The notes under the pieces are model-generated. The model ran no database searches, had not been told where the DNA came from, and saw nothing but the letters and a program-made list of their open reading frames with translations. The translations under genes were made by a program, and so were the position numbers. From NCBI GenBank assembly GCA_036833615.1, contig DAITPL010000004.1:1825-65824 (forward strand): DNA of 64,000 nt. Reading direction: 5' to 3'. This DNA comes from Rhodanobacter sp. (GTDB taxonomy: Bacteria > Pseudomonadota > Gammaproteobacteria > Xanthomonadales > Rhodanobacteraceae). Shown here piece by piece: positions 18,002-29,107 of this stretch (the stretch's first letter is position 1; every line of letters starts with the position of its first letter).

Positions 18002-19833
18002 CAGTGGGTGGTGACGGGCGTGGCGGTCGGTGGCACGTTGGGGTCGACGACCGGCGGTGGCGCCGCCGAGGGCACGTCGCTCATGTGCAGACTGCCGCTG
18101 AGCGGGTGCGCCAGACCGTCGGTGAATTTCGCCCAGATCAGTACGCGACGAATCCGCCCAAACTGGTCGGCGGTGAGCTGGCCGGTGGCGCCAGGCAGGT
18201 AGCTGCCTGGATTTGCGCGCAGCCAGTCGAGATACGGCACCAGGTTCCACGCATCCATGCCGAAGGCAAAAAGCCGTGCGCTCGGGCCACGTGCCGCTGG
18301 CAGCTGGGCCTCGATGTCGGCGTGAGCGGGCAGCCCTGGCTGGGCATCGAACAACCACGGCGCGTCGGAAAACTCCACGTCATCCAGATCGCGATTGCTG
18401 GTGGCATCGTCGACGCCTTCGTACACGTGGGATGTGGCGATCACCGGCAACTGGATTCCAGTGGCGCGCAACTGCGGCACCAGTGCGCGGGCCTGGGCCG
18501 GGCGCATGCTGATGAATACGCCGGTGTCGCTGGTGGCGGCAGTCAGGTCCAGGCCACCGAGCGGAGTGCTCGCGCTGAACGTGGTGCTGCCTTCCAGCTG
18601 TCCACCCCGCGCTCCCAGTTCGGCCTTGAAGGCGCCGAGCGCGCGCTGGGCGAATTCGTCGTTGGAAATGACTGCGTACGCGTGGCGCAGGCCGCGCTCA
18701 ATCATGTGATCGGCGGCCTGTGCGCCCTCGGTCTCCGGCAGCAGGCCGAATTCACTGGTATCGCCCGCGGGCAGCTGGCGGCCGTCCGGGTGGTTGAGTG
18801 CCAGCAGCGGTACCGGCAATTGCGCCTGGGCGAAAATCGCGGCCACTTCGCCGCGGGTCAGCGGGCCCACCACGAGTTGCGCACCATCCTTGACGGCCTG
18901 CTGATAGCCGCTGATCGCTCCGGTGGCGCTGCCGTGGCTGTTGTACACGCGCACTGATGGACGTGGCGCGCGGTTTCGTCCGGCATCGATGTAGGCGGCG
19001 AAAAACCCCTCCGTGATGGCATTGCCGGCGGCGGCGTACGTGCCGTCACCGGGCAGCAGCAGCGCCACGTGCTGCGGTACCTTGTAGCCTTCGCGCACGT
19101 TGGCGTCGGCTCCGGGCAACAAGGTGCCGACCGGCTGCTGCAACTCCGGTTGTGCGCGTGCAACGGCTATCCCCATGCGGGTCAGGGCCTCCTGGACCCA
19201 CGGCAGCATGCGATCGCCCGGTTGCATCGCCGCCGCACGCGTCTGCAATGGCCCACTACCGAGCCTGGCCAGCAAGTCGAGAATCTGTTTCTGGTTTTGC
19301 GCACGATCGAAACCCTGCAACTGGTCCTGCATTTCGGCGCGCGTGCGCGCACTACCCCAGTAGTCGCCACTGGCCAGCATGGCGCGTGCGCGCAGTTCCA
19401 GCAGGCGCGGTCGCAGTGCATCGGGCACGGCGAGATTCGGCTGGGTGGTCAGCTGCAGTGCGGTCGCGGTGTCGTGTGCGGTCAATGCGTGCTCGGCGCG
19501 CAACAGGTCCAGGCGCAGGGGCTCGTCGCCACTTAGATTGCGCCGGTCGATCTGGGTGAGGATGGTTGTGGCCTGCTCCAGCTCGCCGGCTTGGCGCCAT
19601 GCTTCGGCGGCGAGTAGCCGGTAGTGATCGCGGCTGCCACGCGATTCGTCTGCCAGCGCAAGATAGGCCTGCGCGGCGGCATTGAACTGCCCGCGCTGGG
19701 CGAGCGCGGCGGCATTCTGCGCGGCAGCGGATTCGGCCGGCGTCGGGCGTGTGCTGAGCGGCACGCACGCCACCAACAGCAGCGAAAACAGCAGCGTGAT
19801 GGCGGTGGCTCGTGAAAAGCACATCAGGCGCAT
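18001..19833 (-). CDS. lpoA: Penicillin-binding protein activator LpoA/LppC lipoprotein
   Basis: Lipobox LLVAC, VALLLP, VVGPLTR, LLALN, RLFAFGMDAW, GATGQL; conserved rsmI-lpoA-yraN context; start inferred at ATG 19833. Confidence 0.88.
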   Translation of the reverse strand: MRLMCFSRATAITLLFSLLLVACVPLSTRPTPAESAAAQNAAALAQRGQFNAAAQAYLALADESRGSRDHYRLLAAEAWRQAGELEQATTILTQIDRRNLSGDEPLRLDLLRAEHALTAHDTATALQLTTQPNLAVPDALRPRLLELRARAMLASGDYWGSARTRAEMQDQLQGFDRAQNQKQILDLLARLGSGPLQTRAAAMQPGDRMLPWVQEALTRMGIAVARAQPELQQPVGTLLPGADANVREGYKVPQHVALLLPGDGTYAAAGNAITEGFFAAYIDAGRNRAPRPSVRVYNSHGSATGAISGYQQAVKDGAQLVVGPLTRGEVAAIFAQAQLPVPLLALNHPDGRQLPAGDTSEFGLLPETEGAQAADHMIERGLRHAYAVISNDEFAQRALGAFKAELGARGGQLEGSTTFSASTPLGGLDLTAATSDTGVFISMRPAQARALVPQLRATGIQLPVIATSHVYEGVDDATSNRDLDDVEFSDAPWLFDAQPGLPAHADIEAQLPAARGPSARLFAFGMDAWNLVPYLDWLRANPGSYLPGATGQLTADQFGRIRRVLIWAKFTDGLAHPLSGSLHMSDVPSAAPPPVVDPNVPPTATPVTTH

Positions 19834-19911
19834 GGAGGATCTCTTGATCGTCATGAACGGCAATGCGCGATGATAACGGATCACGCCCGCTGCCCGCGGT
19901 GAAGGAATCCC

Positions 19912-20733
19912 ATGACTGCCGTCGTCCCTGGTTGTTTGTATGTCGTCGCCACGCCAATCGGCCATCGCGACGATTTGTCGGCACGCGCCATTGCGACCTT
20001 GCGCGCGGCGACGGTGATTGCCGCCGAAGACACGCGCCACAGTCGCCCGTTGCTGCTGCATCACGGCGTTGACACGCCGCTGGTGGCGCTGCATGAATAC
20101 AACGAGCGCGATGCGGTGGAGGCGCTGGTGCGGCGTCTGCTTGCAGGGCAGTCGGTGGCGTTGATTTCCGACGCCGGCACGCCGCTGATCAGCGACCCCG
20201 GATTCCGCCTGGTACGTGCCGCGCGCGCGGCTGGCATCCGTTGCGTGCCGCTGCCGGGCGCGTGCGCGGCGATTGCGGCGCTGTCGGTTGGCGGCCTGCC
20301 CAGCGACCGGTTTGTGTTTGAGGGCTTTCTGCCACCAAAAGCCGCGGCGCGACGGGCCCGACTGCAGAAGCTTGCCGGTGACGCGCGCACGATCATTTTC
20401 TATGAATCGTCGCATCGCATTGCCGAGAGCGTGGCCGACATGCGCGACATCTTTGGTGCCACGCGCGAAGCGGTACTGGCGCGCGAACTGACCAAGGTGT
20501 TCGAGACGGTTTTGAGTGAGCCGCTCGGCGAACTGGCATTGCGCATCGCGACCGATCCGGATCAGCAACGCGGCGAGTGTGTGGTGCTGGTTGCCGGGTG
20601 CGGCGAAGAGGCTGATGCCAAATTGACTGAAGGCCGGCGCGTGTTCGCGATCCTGCGCGCGGAACTGCCGCCGGCGAAGGCGGCCAAGCTCGCGGCGGCG
20701 ATCAGCGGCGCGGCGCGCAAGGAATTGTATTAG
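19912..20733 (+). CDS. rsmI: 16S rRNA C1402 2'-O-methyltransferase
   Basis: LYVVATPIG, IAAEDTR, ALISDAGTPLISDPG, FEGFLP, FYESSHR, ARELTKVFE. Confidence 0.95.
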   Translation: MTAVVPGCLYVVATPIGHRDDLSARAIATLRAATVIAAEDTRHSRPLLLHHGVDTPLVALHEYNERDAVEALVRRLLAGQSVALISDAGTPLISDPGFRLVRAARAAGIRCVPLPGACAAIAALSVGGLPSDRFVFEGFLPPKAAARRARLQKLAGDARTIIFYESSHRIAESVADMRDIFGATREAVLARELTKVFETVLSEPLGELALRIATDPDQQRGECVVLVAGCGEEADAKLTEGRRVFAILRAELPPAKAAKLAAAISGAARKELY

Positions 20734-20870
20734 AGCAGGTGGCAAGTGGGGAACGTCCGGGCCGACGTCAGTGGTGATCTGCGCTCCGGCTGGATCGTGG
20801 ACTGGCACCGGCGTGCCTTGCTTCGGCGCCGCGCAGCCGGTGTTTTCCCGGTTCCTGTAGACTCGACTGC

Positions 20871-21233
<363 letters not shown>

Positions 21234-21253
21234 CTTCAGCTTGTTCGCGGCAT

Positions 21254-21349
21254 GCCATTCCGTTGCGGGTCATCCCCGTGACGGAGTGGTTGTACTCGTC
21301 TCTTCAGTCGGCACTCAGCCGTGCAACGCGGAAAGGCACTCGCCGACTG
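21254..21349 (+). terminator. Two stem-loops downstream of rnpB (terminator or processing candidates)
   Basis: 15-bp stem CCATTCCGTTGCGGG/CCCGTGACGGAGTGG with three G-U pairs; 8-bp stem CAGTCGGC/GCCGACTG followed by CTTTGT. Confidence 0.5.
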
Positions 21350-21474
21350 CTTTGTGTGATGGGTCACGAATTAAAAAAATCCATGCATTCAAGTACCTTG
21401 CGAATAATGGTGAGAAAGTGCTGCAGATCGGGTGCAACATCGCGGCTTTCTTGTTGATTCACAAGTGATTTTCC

Positions 21475-21537
21475 TTGACAACCCGCGGCGCCCACGGTTA
21501 TCGTGGGTTTCAGTGTGAAAACGTGGGTTTTCGTGGA
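21475..21537 (+). promoter_or_regulatory. dcw (Pmra) sigma70 promoter with MraZ-type repeats
   Basis: TTGACA 21475-21480, 18-bp spacer, TATCGT 21499-21504; GTGGG/GTGTG/GTGGG/GTGGA at 21503, 21513, 21523, 21533 (10-bp period). Confidence 0.8.
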
Positions 21538-21546
21538 GTACCACCC

Positions 21547-21993
21547 GTGTTTCAAGGCGAGACCGCCATTACCGTCGACGACAAGGGCCGTTTGGCCATT
21601 CCTACCGCGTATCGCGAGTTGGTGGCGCAGTCATGCGCCAATCGTCTGGTGATTACCTACAACCCGTTCGAGTCGGGTTGCCTGTGGTTGTTTCCGTATG
21701 CGGAGTGGGAGCCGGTGCGGGATCAGGTCAATGCGCTGTCGAAGGTGGTGACGGCGCATCGCGATCTGCAGATGAAGCTGGTCGGTGCCGCGGCAGTAGT
21801 CGAGCCCGACGGCGCGGCACGCATTTTGTTGCCGGCCAGTCAGCGCGCGACCACGGGCATCGAGAAGAAGGCGGTGTTGCTCGGCATGGGCAACAAGTTC
21901 GAGTTGTGGAGCGAGCAGGCGCATCTGGCGAAGATTCGCCAGGTCATCGGCGAGGGCGGAATCACCAGCGACATGGCAAGTCTGCGCCTGTAA
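21547..21993 (+). CDS. mraZ: Division/cell wall cluster transcriptional repressor MraZ
   Basis: (M)[41 protein letters not shown] start after GGAG. Confidence 0.95.
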   Translation: MFQGETAITVDDKGRLAIPTAYRELVAQSCANRLVITYNPFESGCLWLFPYAEWEPVRDQVNALSKVVTAHRDLQMKLVGAAAVVEPDGAARILLPASQRATTGIEKKAVLLGMGNKFELWSEQAHLAKIRQVIGEGGITSDMASLRL

Positions 21994-22026
21994 CGGCGCG
22001 TGGCGAAACGAAAGCGGGAGTGCAGC

Positions 22027-22974
22027 GTGGCGAAACAGCCAGGGCCATTGCGACATATCCCGGTGATGCTGGACGAAGCGGTGGAGGGTCTGTCGGTGCG
22101 CTCTGACGGACATTATCTGGATGGTACGTTTGGTCGCGGTGGGCACGCCCGCGCCGTATTGGCGCGCCTGGGCGAACACGGCCGGTTGTTGTTGATGGAT
22201 CGTGATCCCGCCGCGATTGCCGCCGCGCAAGCCGAATTCGCCGGCGATCGGCGCGTGTCCATCCGGCACGCCAATTTTTCCAGCCTCGCCGAGTGGGATG
22301 CCACGGCCGACGGGCTGGATGGTGTGTTGTTCGATCTGGGCGTGTCCTCGCCGCAGCTGGACGAAGCCGCGCGCGGTTTCAGCTTCATGGCGGATGCGCC
22401 GCTGGACATGCGCATGGACACCACGCGCGGCGAGAGTGCCGCGGACTTTCTGGCCCGGGCCGATGAGCGCGAGATCATGCAAGTGTTGTGGGACTTTGGC
22501 GAAGAGCGTCAGGGCCGGCGCATTGCCCACGCCATCGTGACCGACCGGGACACGACGCCGTTCACGCGCACCACGCAATTGGCGGCCTTGATCGAGCGCG
22601 TCGTCGGCCGCCATGAGCCGGGCAAGCACCCGGCGACGCGCAGCTTTCAGGCGTTGCGAATCCGTGTGAACGGCGAACTGGATGCGCTGGCTGACGGCTT
22701 GTCGGCCGCACTGGAACGGCTGCACGTGGGTGGCCGGCTGGTGGTGATCAGTTTCCACTCGCTGGAAGACCGGGTCGTCAAGCTGTTCATCCGCGATCAG
22801 TCGGGCCGGGTGCAAAACAGTCGCCGTGGCCCACCGGTCGTTGCACGCCCGGCACGACTGCGGGCGGTCGGCAAGGCGCACTTCCCTGGAGCGGCGGAAT
22901 TGGCCGCCAATCCACGTTCGCGTTCCGCGGTGTTGCGCGTGGCGGAAAAACTGCCGCAGCAGGTGGCTGCATGA
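22027..22974 (+). CDS. rsmH: 16S rRNA m4C1402 methyltransferase
   Basis: HIPVMLDE, DGTFGRGGH, DLGVSSPQLD, HPATRSFQALRI, ISFHSLEDR, NPRSRSAVLR; GGGAG RBS before GTG 22027. Confidence 0.96.
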   Translation: MAKQPGPLRHIPVMLDEAVEGLSVRSDGHYLDGTFGRGGHARAVLARLGEHGRLLLMDRDPAAIAAAQAEFAGDRRVSIRHANFSSLAEWDATADGLDGVLFDLGVSSPQLDEAARGFSFMADAPLDMRMDTTRGESAADFLARADEREIMQVLWDFGEERQGRRIAHAIVTDRDTTPFTRTTQLAALIERVVGRHEPGKHPATRSFQALRIRVNGELDALADGLSAALERLHVGGRLVVISFHSLEDRVVKLFIRDQSGRVQNSRRGPPVVARPARLRAVGKAHFPGAAELAANPRSRSAVLRVAEKLPQQVAA

Positions 22975-23243
22975 AGGCGTTGGGCGCGGCGATCGTGCTG
23001 GCCTTGCTGATCTCGGTCGTCGCCAGCGCGCTCGGGGTGGTGTGGACGCGGCACGAAAACCGCGTGCTGTTTGTCAGCCTCACCGCGCTGCAGAACCAGC
23101 GTGACGATTTGAACATTGAATACGGTCGGCTTGAACTCGAACAAGCCACGCACGCCGAACCGCGCCGCATCGACGACGAGGCCCGCCAGAAACTGGGCAT
23201 GTTCGAGCCCCGCCCGCAAGATATCCGGTTGCTGCGCCGATGA
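22971..23243 (+). CDS. ftsL: Cell division protein FtsL
   Basis: One TM helix plus coiled coil, EYGRLELEQ, ARQKLGM; lies between rsmH and ftsI. Confidence 0.92.
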   Translation: MKALGAAIVLALLISVVASALGVVWTRHENRVLFVSLTALQNQRDDLNIEYGRLELEQATHAEPRRIDDEARQKLGMFEPRPQDIRLLRR

Positions 23244-25054
23244 TCTGGCGCAAACGCCAATTGCACGCAGTCCAGGGGCGCCGCCGCAGCGAAGGGCCAA
23301 GCGCGCGCAAGCGCATGGTGCTGGTGGTGGGCCTGCTCGGCCTGGCGTCCATCGGCCTGGTCGCGCGCGCATTTGATCTGCAGGTGGTGCGCAAGCAGTT
23401 CTACCAGCGCCAAGGCGACGCGCGCTTCTTGCGGGAAATGCCGATCCCGGTCTCGCGCGGCACGATCTTCGATCGCAACGGCGAACCGCTGGCGGTGTCC
23501 ACGCCGGTGATGTCGATCTGGGCGAATCCACCCGAGGTGCTCGAAAACGTCGAGCGCATCCCGGCGCTGGCGCAAGTGCTGGGCGTGGACGCTGCCGAGT
23601 TGAAGGATCGCCTGGCGCAGCGCTCCGATCGCGAGTTTGTCTATTTGCGGCGGCAGATGCGCCCGGAAGCCGCACAGGCGGTGCTGGATCTGGGTATCCC
23701 GGGCATCAATGGTCAGCGTGAGTTCAAACGTTACTACCCGTCCGGCGAAGTGACCGCGCACGTCCTCGGCTTTACCAACATCGATGACCACGGCCAGGAA
23801 GGACTGGAGCTGGCCTACGACGACTGGCTGTCTGGCACGCCCGGTTCCAAGCGGGTGATTCGTGACCGCATGGGCCACGTGGTGGAAAACCTGGAGCAAT
23901 TGCGCGCGCCCAAGCCCGGGCAAAACCTCACGCTCAGCATCGACCGGCGCATCCAGTTTCTCGCCTACAGCGAGTTGAAGAACACGCTGGACAAGTTCCA
24001 GGCCGACTCCGGCTCCATCGTGATCCTCGATGTGAAAACCGGCGAAGTGCTGGCGATGGTCAACCTGCCGACCTACAACCCGAACGCAGTCAATGCCAGC
24101 AAACCCTATCAGCGGCGCAATCGCGCCATGACGGATTTGCTCGAACCCGGTTCGACGATCAAGCCGATCCTGATGGCGGCAGCGTTGTCCAGCGGCAAGT
24201 TCACGCCGACCACGCCGATCATCGATACCACCGGTGGCCACTGGTATTTCCAGGGTCACGACATCCATGACACGCACAATTACGGCCTGCTGACGCCGAC
24301 CGGTGTCATCACCAAGTCGAGCAACGTCGGTGCGGCGAGAATCGCCATGCAGCTCGATACGACGTTGATGTACGACACCTATCGCGGGTTTGGTTTCGGT
24401 AACAGCACCAACAGCGGCTTTCCCGGCGAGGCAGCCGGCTTGCTGCGCATCGGTCGCGATTGGCGGCCGCTGGAAAAGGCCATCCTGGGTTATGGCTACG
24501 GCCTCAACGTGACCGTGCTCCAGCTGGCGAACGCCTACGCGACCATCGCCGATGACGGCGTGATGCATACCCCGAGTTTCATCAAGGGCAACGGGGTCGA
24601 TGCCCGGCAGATCATCTCGCCGCAGGTGGCGCACGAGATCGTGCAGATGATGGAAACCGTCACCGGGCCGGGCAGCACGGCGCCGCAGGCGCGCATTCCC
24701 AACTACAGCGTGGCCGGCAAGACCGGTACCGCACACAAGGCCAGCGCCGGGGGCTATTCCAAGAACAATTACACGGCCGCATTTGGTGGCATCGTACCGG
24801 CATCCAAGCCGCGCCTGGTTGGCGTGGTGGTGATCGACAACCCGAGCAAGGGCAGCTACTACGGCGGCATGGTGTCCGCGCCAGTGTTCGCCAAGGTGAT
24901 GGACGGCGCGCTGCGCCTGCTGGATGTACCGCCAGACAATATCGGTCGCTGGTACGTCGGCGGGCCGCTGCAAAGCACGGGCGGTTTGGCCGGCAGCGCA
25001 CCACCGGGCGAAGCGCCCATTGACGATGCCCCGATCGACGAGGGCACTCCATGA
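23240..25054 (+). CDS. ftsI: Peptidoglycan transpeptidase FtsI (PBP3)
   Basis: RGTIFDRNG, EPGSTIKP (SxxK), KSSNVG (SxN), AGKTGTA. Confidence 0.96.
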   Translation: MIWRKRQLHAVQGRRRSEGPSARKRMVLVVGLLGLASIGLVARAFDLQVVRKQFYQRQGDARFLREMPIPVSRGTIFDRNGEPLAVSTPVMSIWANPPEVLENVERIPALAQVLGVDAAELKDRLAQRSDREFVYLRRQMRPEAAQAVLDLGIPGINGQREFKRYYPSGEVTAHVLGFTNIDDHGQEGLELAYDDWLSGTPGSKRVIRDRMGHVVENLEQLRAPKPGQNLTLSIDRRIQFLAYSELKNTLDKFQADSGSIVILDVKTGEVLAMVNLPTYNPNAVNASKPYQRRNRAMTDLLEPGSTIKPILMAAALSSGKFTPTTPIIDTTGGHWYFQGHDIHDTHNYGLLTPTGVITKSSNVGAARIAMQLDTTLMYDTYRGFGFGNSTNSGFPGEAAGLLRIGRDWRPLEKAILGYGYGLNVTVLQLANAYATIADDGVMHTPSFIKGNGVDARQIISPQVAHEIVQMMETVTGPGSTAPQARIPNYSVAGKTGTAHKASAGGYSKNNYTAAFGGIVPASKPRLVGVVVIDNPSKGSYYGGMVSAPVFAKVMDGALRLLDVPPDNIGRWYVGGPLQSTGGLAGSAPPGEAPIDDAPIDEGTP

Positions 25055-26631
25055 GTACCGGGCATCTGGACCAGCTGTTGCTCGGGATCGCGGATCGCCA
25101 GGTGCTGGACACCCCGGGCGCGAGCCGCATCGTGCTGTCGGGTCTGACGCTGGATTCGCGCCAGGTGCACCGTGGCGATGCCTTCTTTGCCCTGCGTGGC
25201 ACGCAGACGCATGGCATCACGTTTGCTGCCGGCGCGGTGCAGCGTGGTGCGTGTGTCGTGTTGGCCGAAACCCCTGCTGCAGGTGAAACTCTCCCGGTAG
25301 CCGACGGTGTGGAGGCACCACGCGGAGCGGGCGCGCGCGACAGCACCGGCTTGCCGCAGGCGCTGCACGATGTGCCGGTGCTGTGGATCGAGAACCTGCA
25401 TGCACAGGTCGGCGAAATCGCCGCGCGCTTTTACGACCGCCCGGCCGAGTCGATGCGCATCATCGGCGTCACCGGGACCAACGGCAAAACCTCCTGCGTG
25501 CAATTGCTGGCGCAGGCGCTGACCTTGCTTGGTCATCGTGCGGCCAGCATCGGCACGTTGGGCGCGGGTCTGGATGGACAGCTGCGTGCCGGCGAGCGCA
25601 CTACGCCAGATGCCATCAGCGTGCAGGCGCAGCTGGCCGGGTTTCGCGAGTTGGGCGTGAGTCATGTAGCCATGGAAGTGTCCTCGCACGCGCTGGCGCA
25701 GGATCGCGTGGGCGCGGTGGATTTCGAGATCGCCGTGTTCACCAACCTCACGCGCGATCATCTGGACTACCACGGCAGCATGCAGGCATACGGTGCGGCC
25801 AAGGCGCGCCTGTTTGCGTGGCCCGGGCTGCAAAGCGCGGTGCTCAACATCGACGATGCGTTTGGCGCGCAGTTGCTGACGCAGCTGCCGCCTGGCGTGG
25901 CCCCGTTGTCCACCAGCATGGCCGATGTGGCAGACGCCGCGGTGCGCGCCAGCGCGATCGTGACCTCGGCCGAAGGGCTGGCGTTTGTGTTGCACACGCC
26001 ATGGGGCACGCGGGCGATCAGCAGCCATCTGCTCGGTCGCTTCAATGTCGCCAACCTGCTCGCGGTGGTCGCCTGCCTGGGCGCGCTGGGCGAACCGTTC
26101 GAACGCATCGTCGCCACACTCGCCAGTCTGCGCCCGGTCAACGGCCGCATGAACCGGCTCGGCGGTGCACCCGGCCAGCCGCTGGTGGTGGTGGATTACG
26201 CGCACACGCCGGACGCGCTGGAGCAGGTATTGACCGCGCTGCGCGCGCATTGTGCCGGGCGGCTGATTTGCGTGTTTGGTTGCGGTGGCGAACGGGATGT
26301 CGGCAAGCGGCCGTTGATGGGCGAAATCGCCGCCCGCCTGGCCGATGTGGCGATCGTCACCGATGACAACCCGCGTGGCGAGGATGGTGCGGCGATCGTC
26401 GCCCAAATTGTCGCTGGCATGCCGGTCGCGTCCAACCCCCCGCAAGTCGAGCGCGACCGCGCCAAGGCCATCTGCACGGCGTTGGCTGCGGCACGACCTG
26501 GCGATGTGGTGCTGATTGCCGGCAAGGGTCACGAGACATATCAGGATGGTGCGGGCGGCAAGCATCCCTTCGATGACATGGCGATTGCGCATGGCGCGCT
26601 CGAACGCCTGCTGCGGGAGCCGCGCGCATGA
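25051..26631 (+). CDS. murE: UDP-MurNAc-tripeptide synthetase (meso-DAP ligase)
   Basis: GVTGTNGKTS, MEVSSH, FTNLTRDHLDYH, DYAHTPD, DDNPR (DAP specificity), AGKGHE. Confidence 0.96.
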   Translation: MSTGHLDQLLLGIADRQVLDTPGASRIVLSGLTLDSRQVHRGDAFFALRGTQTHGITFAAGAVQRGACVVLAETPAAGETLPVADGVEAPRGAGARDSTGLPQALHDVPVLWIENLHAQVGEIAARFYDRPAESMRIIGVTGTNGKTSCVQLLAQALTLLGHRAASIGTLGAGLDGQLRAGERTTPDAISVQAQLAGFRELGVSHVAMEVSSHALAQDRVGAVDFEIAVFTNLTRDHLDYHGSMQAYGAAKARLFAWPGLQSAVLNIDDAFGAQLLTQLPPGVAPLSTSMADVADAAVRASAIVTSAEGLAFVLHTPWGTRAISSHLLGRFNVANLLAVVACLGALGEPFERIVATLASLRPVNGRMNRLGGAPGQPLVVVDYAHTPDALEQVLTALRAHCAGRLICVFGCGGERDVGKRPLMGEIAARLADVAIVTDDNPRGEDGAAIVAQIVAGMPVASNPPQVERDRAKAICTALAAARPGDVVLIAGKGHETYQDGAGGKHPFDDMAIAHGALERLLREPRA

Positions 26632-28013
26632 TGCGGCTCGAGGCCATTGCCATGTGGACGCGCGGTCACTTGCTGGGCGCCGACGCCGAGGTCGTGGGCG
26701 TGACCATGGACAGCCGCCAGGTGCGCCCCGGTGATTTGTTTGTCGCCATCGCTGGCGCGCGCGTGGATGGTCACGATTACGTCGCCGCGGCGGCGGCGCA
26801 GGGCGCCAGTGGCGCGCTGGTGACGCGCAAGGTGGACAGCGATTTGCCGCAGGTGCTGGTGGCCGATGCCACGCTGGCGCTGGGCGACCTGGCCAGTGCG
26901 GTGCGGGCGCAGCGCGATGTCCGCGTGGTTGGCATCACCGGCTCCAACGGCAAGACCACGGTGAAGACGCTGACGGCCGCAATTCTGCGCCGGCATGGTC
27001 GCACGCATGTCAGTGCCGGCAACCACAACAATGAATTGGGCCTGCCGCTGAGCGTGCTGGCGATGCCGCGGGACACGGAGTTCGCAGTGTTCGAAATGGG
27101 TGCCGGCAAGCCGGGTGACATTGCCTATCTCGCCGGTATCGCACGCCCGGACATCGGCGTGGTCACACTCATCGCGCCGGCGCATCTGGAACGCATGGGC
27201 AGCGTCGAAGGCGTGGCGGAAACCAAGGGTGCGGTGTACGCGGCGCTACCTGCCGATGGCGTGGCCATCATCAATGCCGACGATGCCTTCGCGGCATTTT
27301 TTGCCGGTCTGGCCGGTACGCGCAGGGTGGTGCATTTTGGTTTGGCGCATCCGGCCGATGTCACTGCGCGTGACATTCGCGTCGCCGAAGATGGTTCGCG
27401 GTTCGTGCTCGTCACGCCGCAGGGCGAGGCTGCAGTCAGCCTGCCGTTGCCGGGCCGCCACAACGTGCTCAACGCGCTGGCCGCGGCAGCGGTGGCGCTG
27501 GCGCTGGATATGCCGCTGCCGACCATCGTCGCCGGCCTGGCCGACACCGAAGGCGTTCCCGGCCGTCTGCAACGCCGGCAGACGCGCGGCGGCTGGACCC
27601 TGATTGACGACACCTACAACGCCAACCCCAGCTCGATGGCAGCAGCGATCGACACGCTGTTGCTGGCACGTGGCGAGCGCTGGCTGGTGCTGGGCGACAT
27701 GGCCGAGCTGGGGAGCGATGCCCGCGCCTTGCACGCGGCGCTGGGTCGGCGCGCCCGCGAATGTGGCGTGGATCGCCTGTTTGCCGTTGGTCCGCTGGGC
27801 GCGGCGACGGTGGCGGCGTTTGGCGTGGGCGGCGAACACTTTGCCGATCGGGCCAGCCTGATCGCCACGTTGCGCCCGCAGCTCCACGCCGGGGTGACTT
27901 GTCTGCTCAAGGGTTCGCGTTCGGCGGGCATGGAGCACGTACTCGCCGCGCTGGACGACGATGCATCGGCGCCGGCCGTGCCGCAGGATGGAGGTGCGCC
28001 GCATGTTGCTTGA
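26628..28013 (+). CDS. murF: UDP-MurNAc-pentapeptide synthetase
   Basis: [44 protein letters not shown]. Confidence 0.96.
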   Translation: MMRLEAIAMWTRGHLLGADAEVVGVTMDSRQVRPGDLFVAIAGARVDGHDYVAAAAAQGASGALVTRKVDSDLPQVLVADATLALGDLASAVRAQRDVRVVGITGSNGKTTVKTLTAAILRRHGRTHVSAGNHNNELGLPLSVLAMPRDTEFAVFEMGAGKPGDIAYLAGIARPDIGVVTLIAPAHLERMGSVEGVAETKGAVYAALPADGVAIINADDAFAAFFAGLAGTRRVVHFGLAHPADVTARDIRVAEDGSRFVLVTPQGEAAVSLPLPGRHNVLNALAAAAVALALDMPLPTIVAGLADTEGVPGRLQRRQTRGGWTLIDDTYNANPSSMAAAIDTLLLARGERWLVLGDMAELGSDARALHAALGRRARECGVDRLFAVGPLGAATVAAFGVGGEHFADRASLIATLRPQLHAGVTCLLKGSRSAGMEHVLAALDDDASAPAVPQDGGAPHVA

Positions 28014-29106
28014 ACTGGCCGACTGGATGGCACGCCATTTCACGGCGCTGCACCTGTTCCAGTACATCACGTTCCGCACGATCATGGCGGCGCTCACCGC
28101 GCTGGCGCTGTCGCTGCTGATGGGGCCGGCATTGATCCGCAAACTGGCCGCGCTGAAGGCCGGTCAGGTCGTGCGCAGCGATGGGCCGCAGACGCACCTG
28201 GTCAAGACCGGAACGCCGACCATGGGCGGGGTGATGATCCTGTTTTCGGTCACCGTGGCCACACTGTTGTGGGCGGATTTGCACAACCGCTACGTATGGG
28301 TGGTGCTGGCGGTGATGTCGAGCTTTGGCGTGATCGGGTTCTACGACGATTACCGCAAGCTGGTGCTCAAGGACAGTCGTGGTCTGCCTGCGCGCTGGAA
28401 GTATTTCTGGCAATCGGTGTGTGGTCTGGCGGCCGCGTTGTTCCTGTATTACACCGCACCGGTGGCACTGGCCGGCGGCGTGCCGGTGGCGGAGACGGCG
28501 CTGTATGTCCCGCTGTTCAAGCAGGTCGCGCTGCCGATGGGCCTGTTCTTCGTGGTGATCGCCTATTTCATGATGGTGGGATTCTCCAACGCGGTGAATC
28601 TCACCGATGGCCTGGATGGTCTGGCGATCATGCCGACCGTGCTGGTGGCTGGCGCACTCGGGGTGTTTGCCTATCTGGCCGGCAACAAGGTGTTCTCGGC
28701 TTATCTCGGCATCCCGTCGATTCCCGGCGCGGGCGAGTTGTCGATCTATTGCGGTGCGCTGGCCGGCGCGGGCCTGGGCTTTCTCTGGTTCAACACCTAT
28801 CCGGCGCAGGTGTTCATGGGTGATGTGGGGGCGCTGGCGATGGGGGCTGCGCTCGGTTGCGTGGCGGTGATCGTGCGCCAGGAAATCGTGTTGCTGGTGA
28901 TGGGCGGCTTGTTCGTGATGGAGACGGTTTCCGTGATGTTGCAGGTGGGCAGCTTCAAGCTGACCGGCAAGCGCATCTTTCGCATGGCGCCGATTCATCA
29001 CCACTTTGAGCTGAAAGGCTGGCCGGAGCCGCGCGTGATCGTGCGCTTCTGGATCATCTCCGTGATGTTGGTGCTGGTCGGTCTGGCCACGTTGAAGGTG
29101 CGCTGA
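28003..29106 (+). CDS. mraY: Phospho-MurNAc-pentapeptide translocase
   Basis: [47 protein letters not shown]. Confidence 0.97.
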   Translation: MLLELADWMARHFTALHLFQYITFRTIMAALTALALSLLMGPALIRKLAALKAGQVVRSDGPQTHLVKTGTPTMGGVMILFSVTVATLLWADLHNRYVWVVLAVMSSFGVIGFYDDYRKLVLKDSRGLPARWKYFWQSVCGLAAALFLYYTAPVALAGGVPVAETALYVPLFKQVALPMGLFFVVIAYFMMVGFSNAVNLTDGLDGLAIMPTVLVAGALGVFAYLAGNKVFSAYLGIPSIPGAGELSIYCGALAGAGLGFLWFNTYPAQVFMGDVGALAMGAALGCVAVIVRQEIVLLVMGGLFVMETVSVMLQVGSFKLTGKRIFRMAPIHHHFELKGWPEPRVIVRFWIISVMLVLVGLATLKVR

Positions 29107-29107
29107 G

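Noticed and set aside
21998..22036. 12-bp direct repeat GCGTGGCGAAAC at the mraZ-rsmH junction
   Set aside because: Real, but best explained as a small local duplication giving two possible GTG starts; there is no sign of an insertion element.
22787..26592. Long antisense ORFs (728 and 577 aa) opposite ftsI and murE, and similar ones opposite uup, nupG and secA
   Set aside because: Mirror frames of codon-biased GC-rich genes with no recognisable domains.
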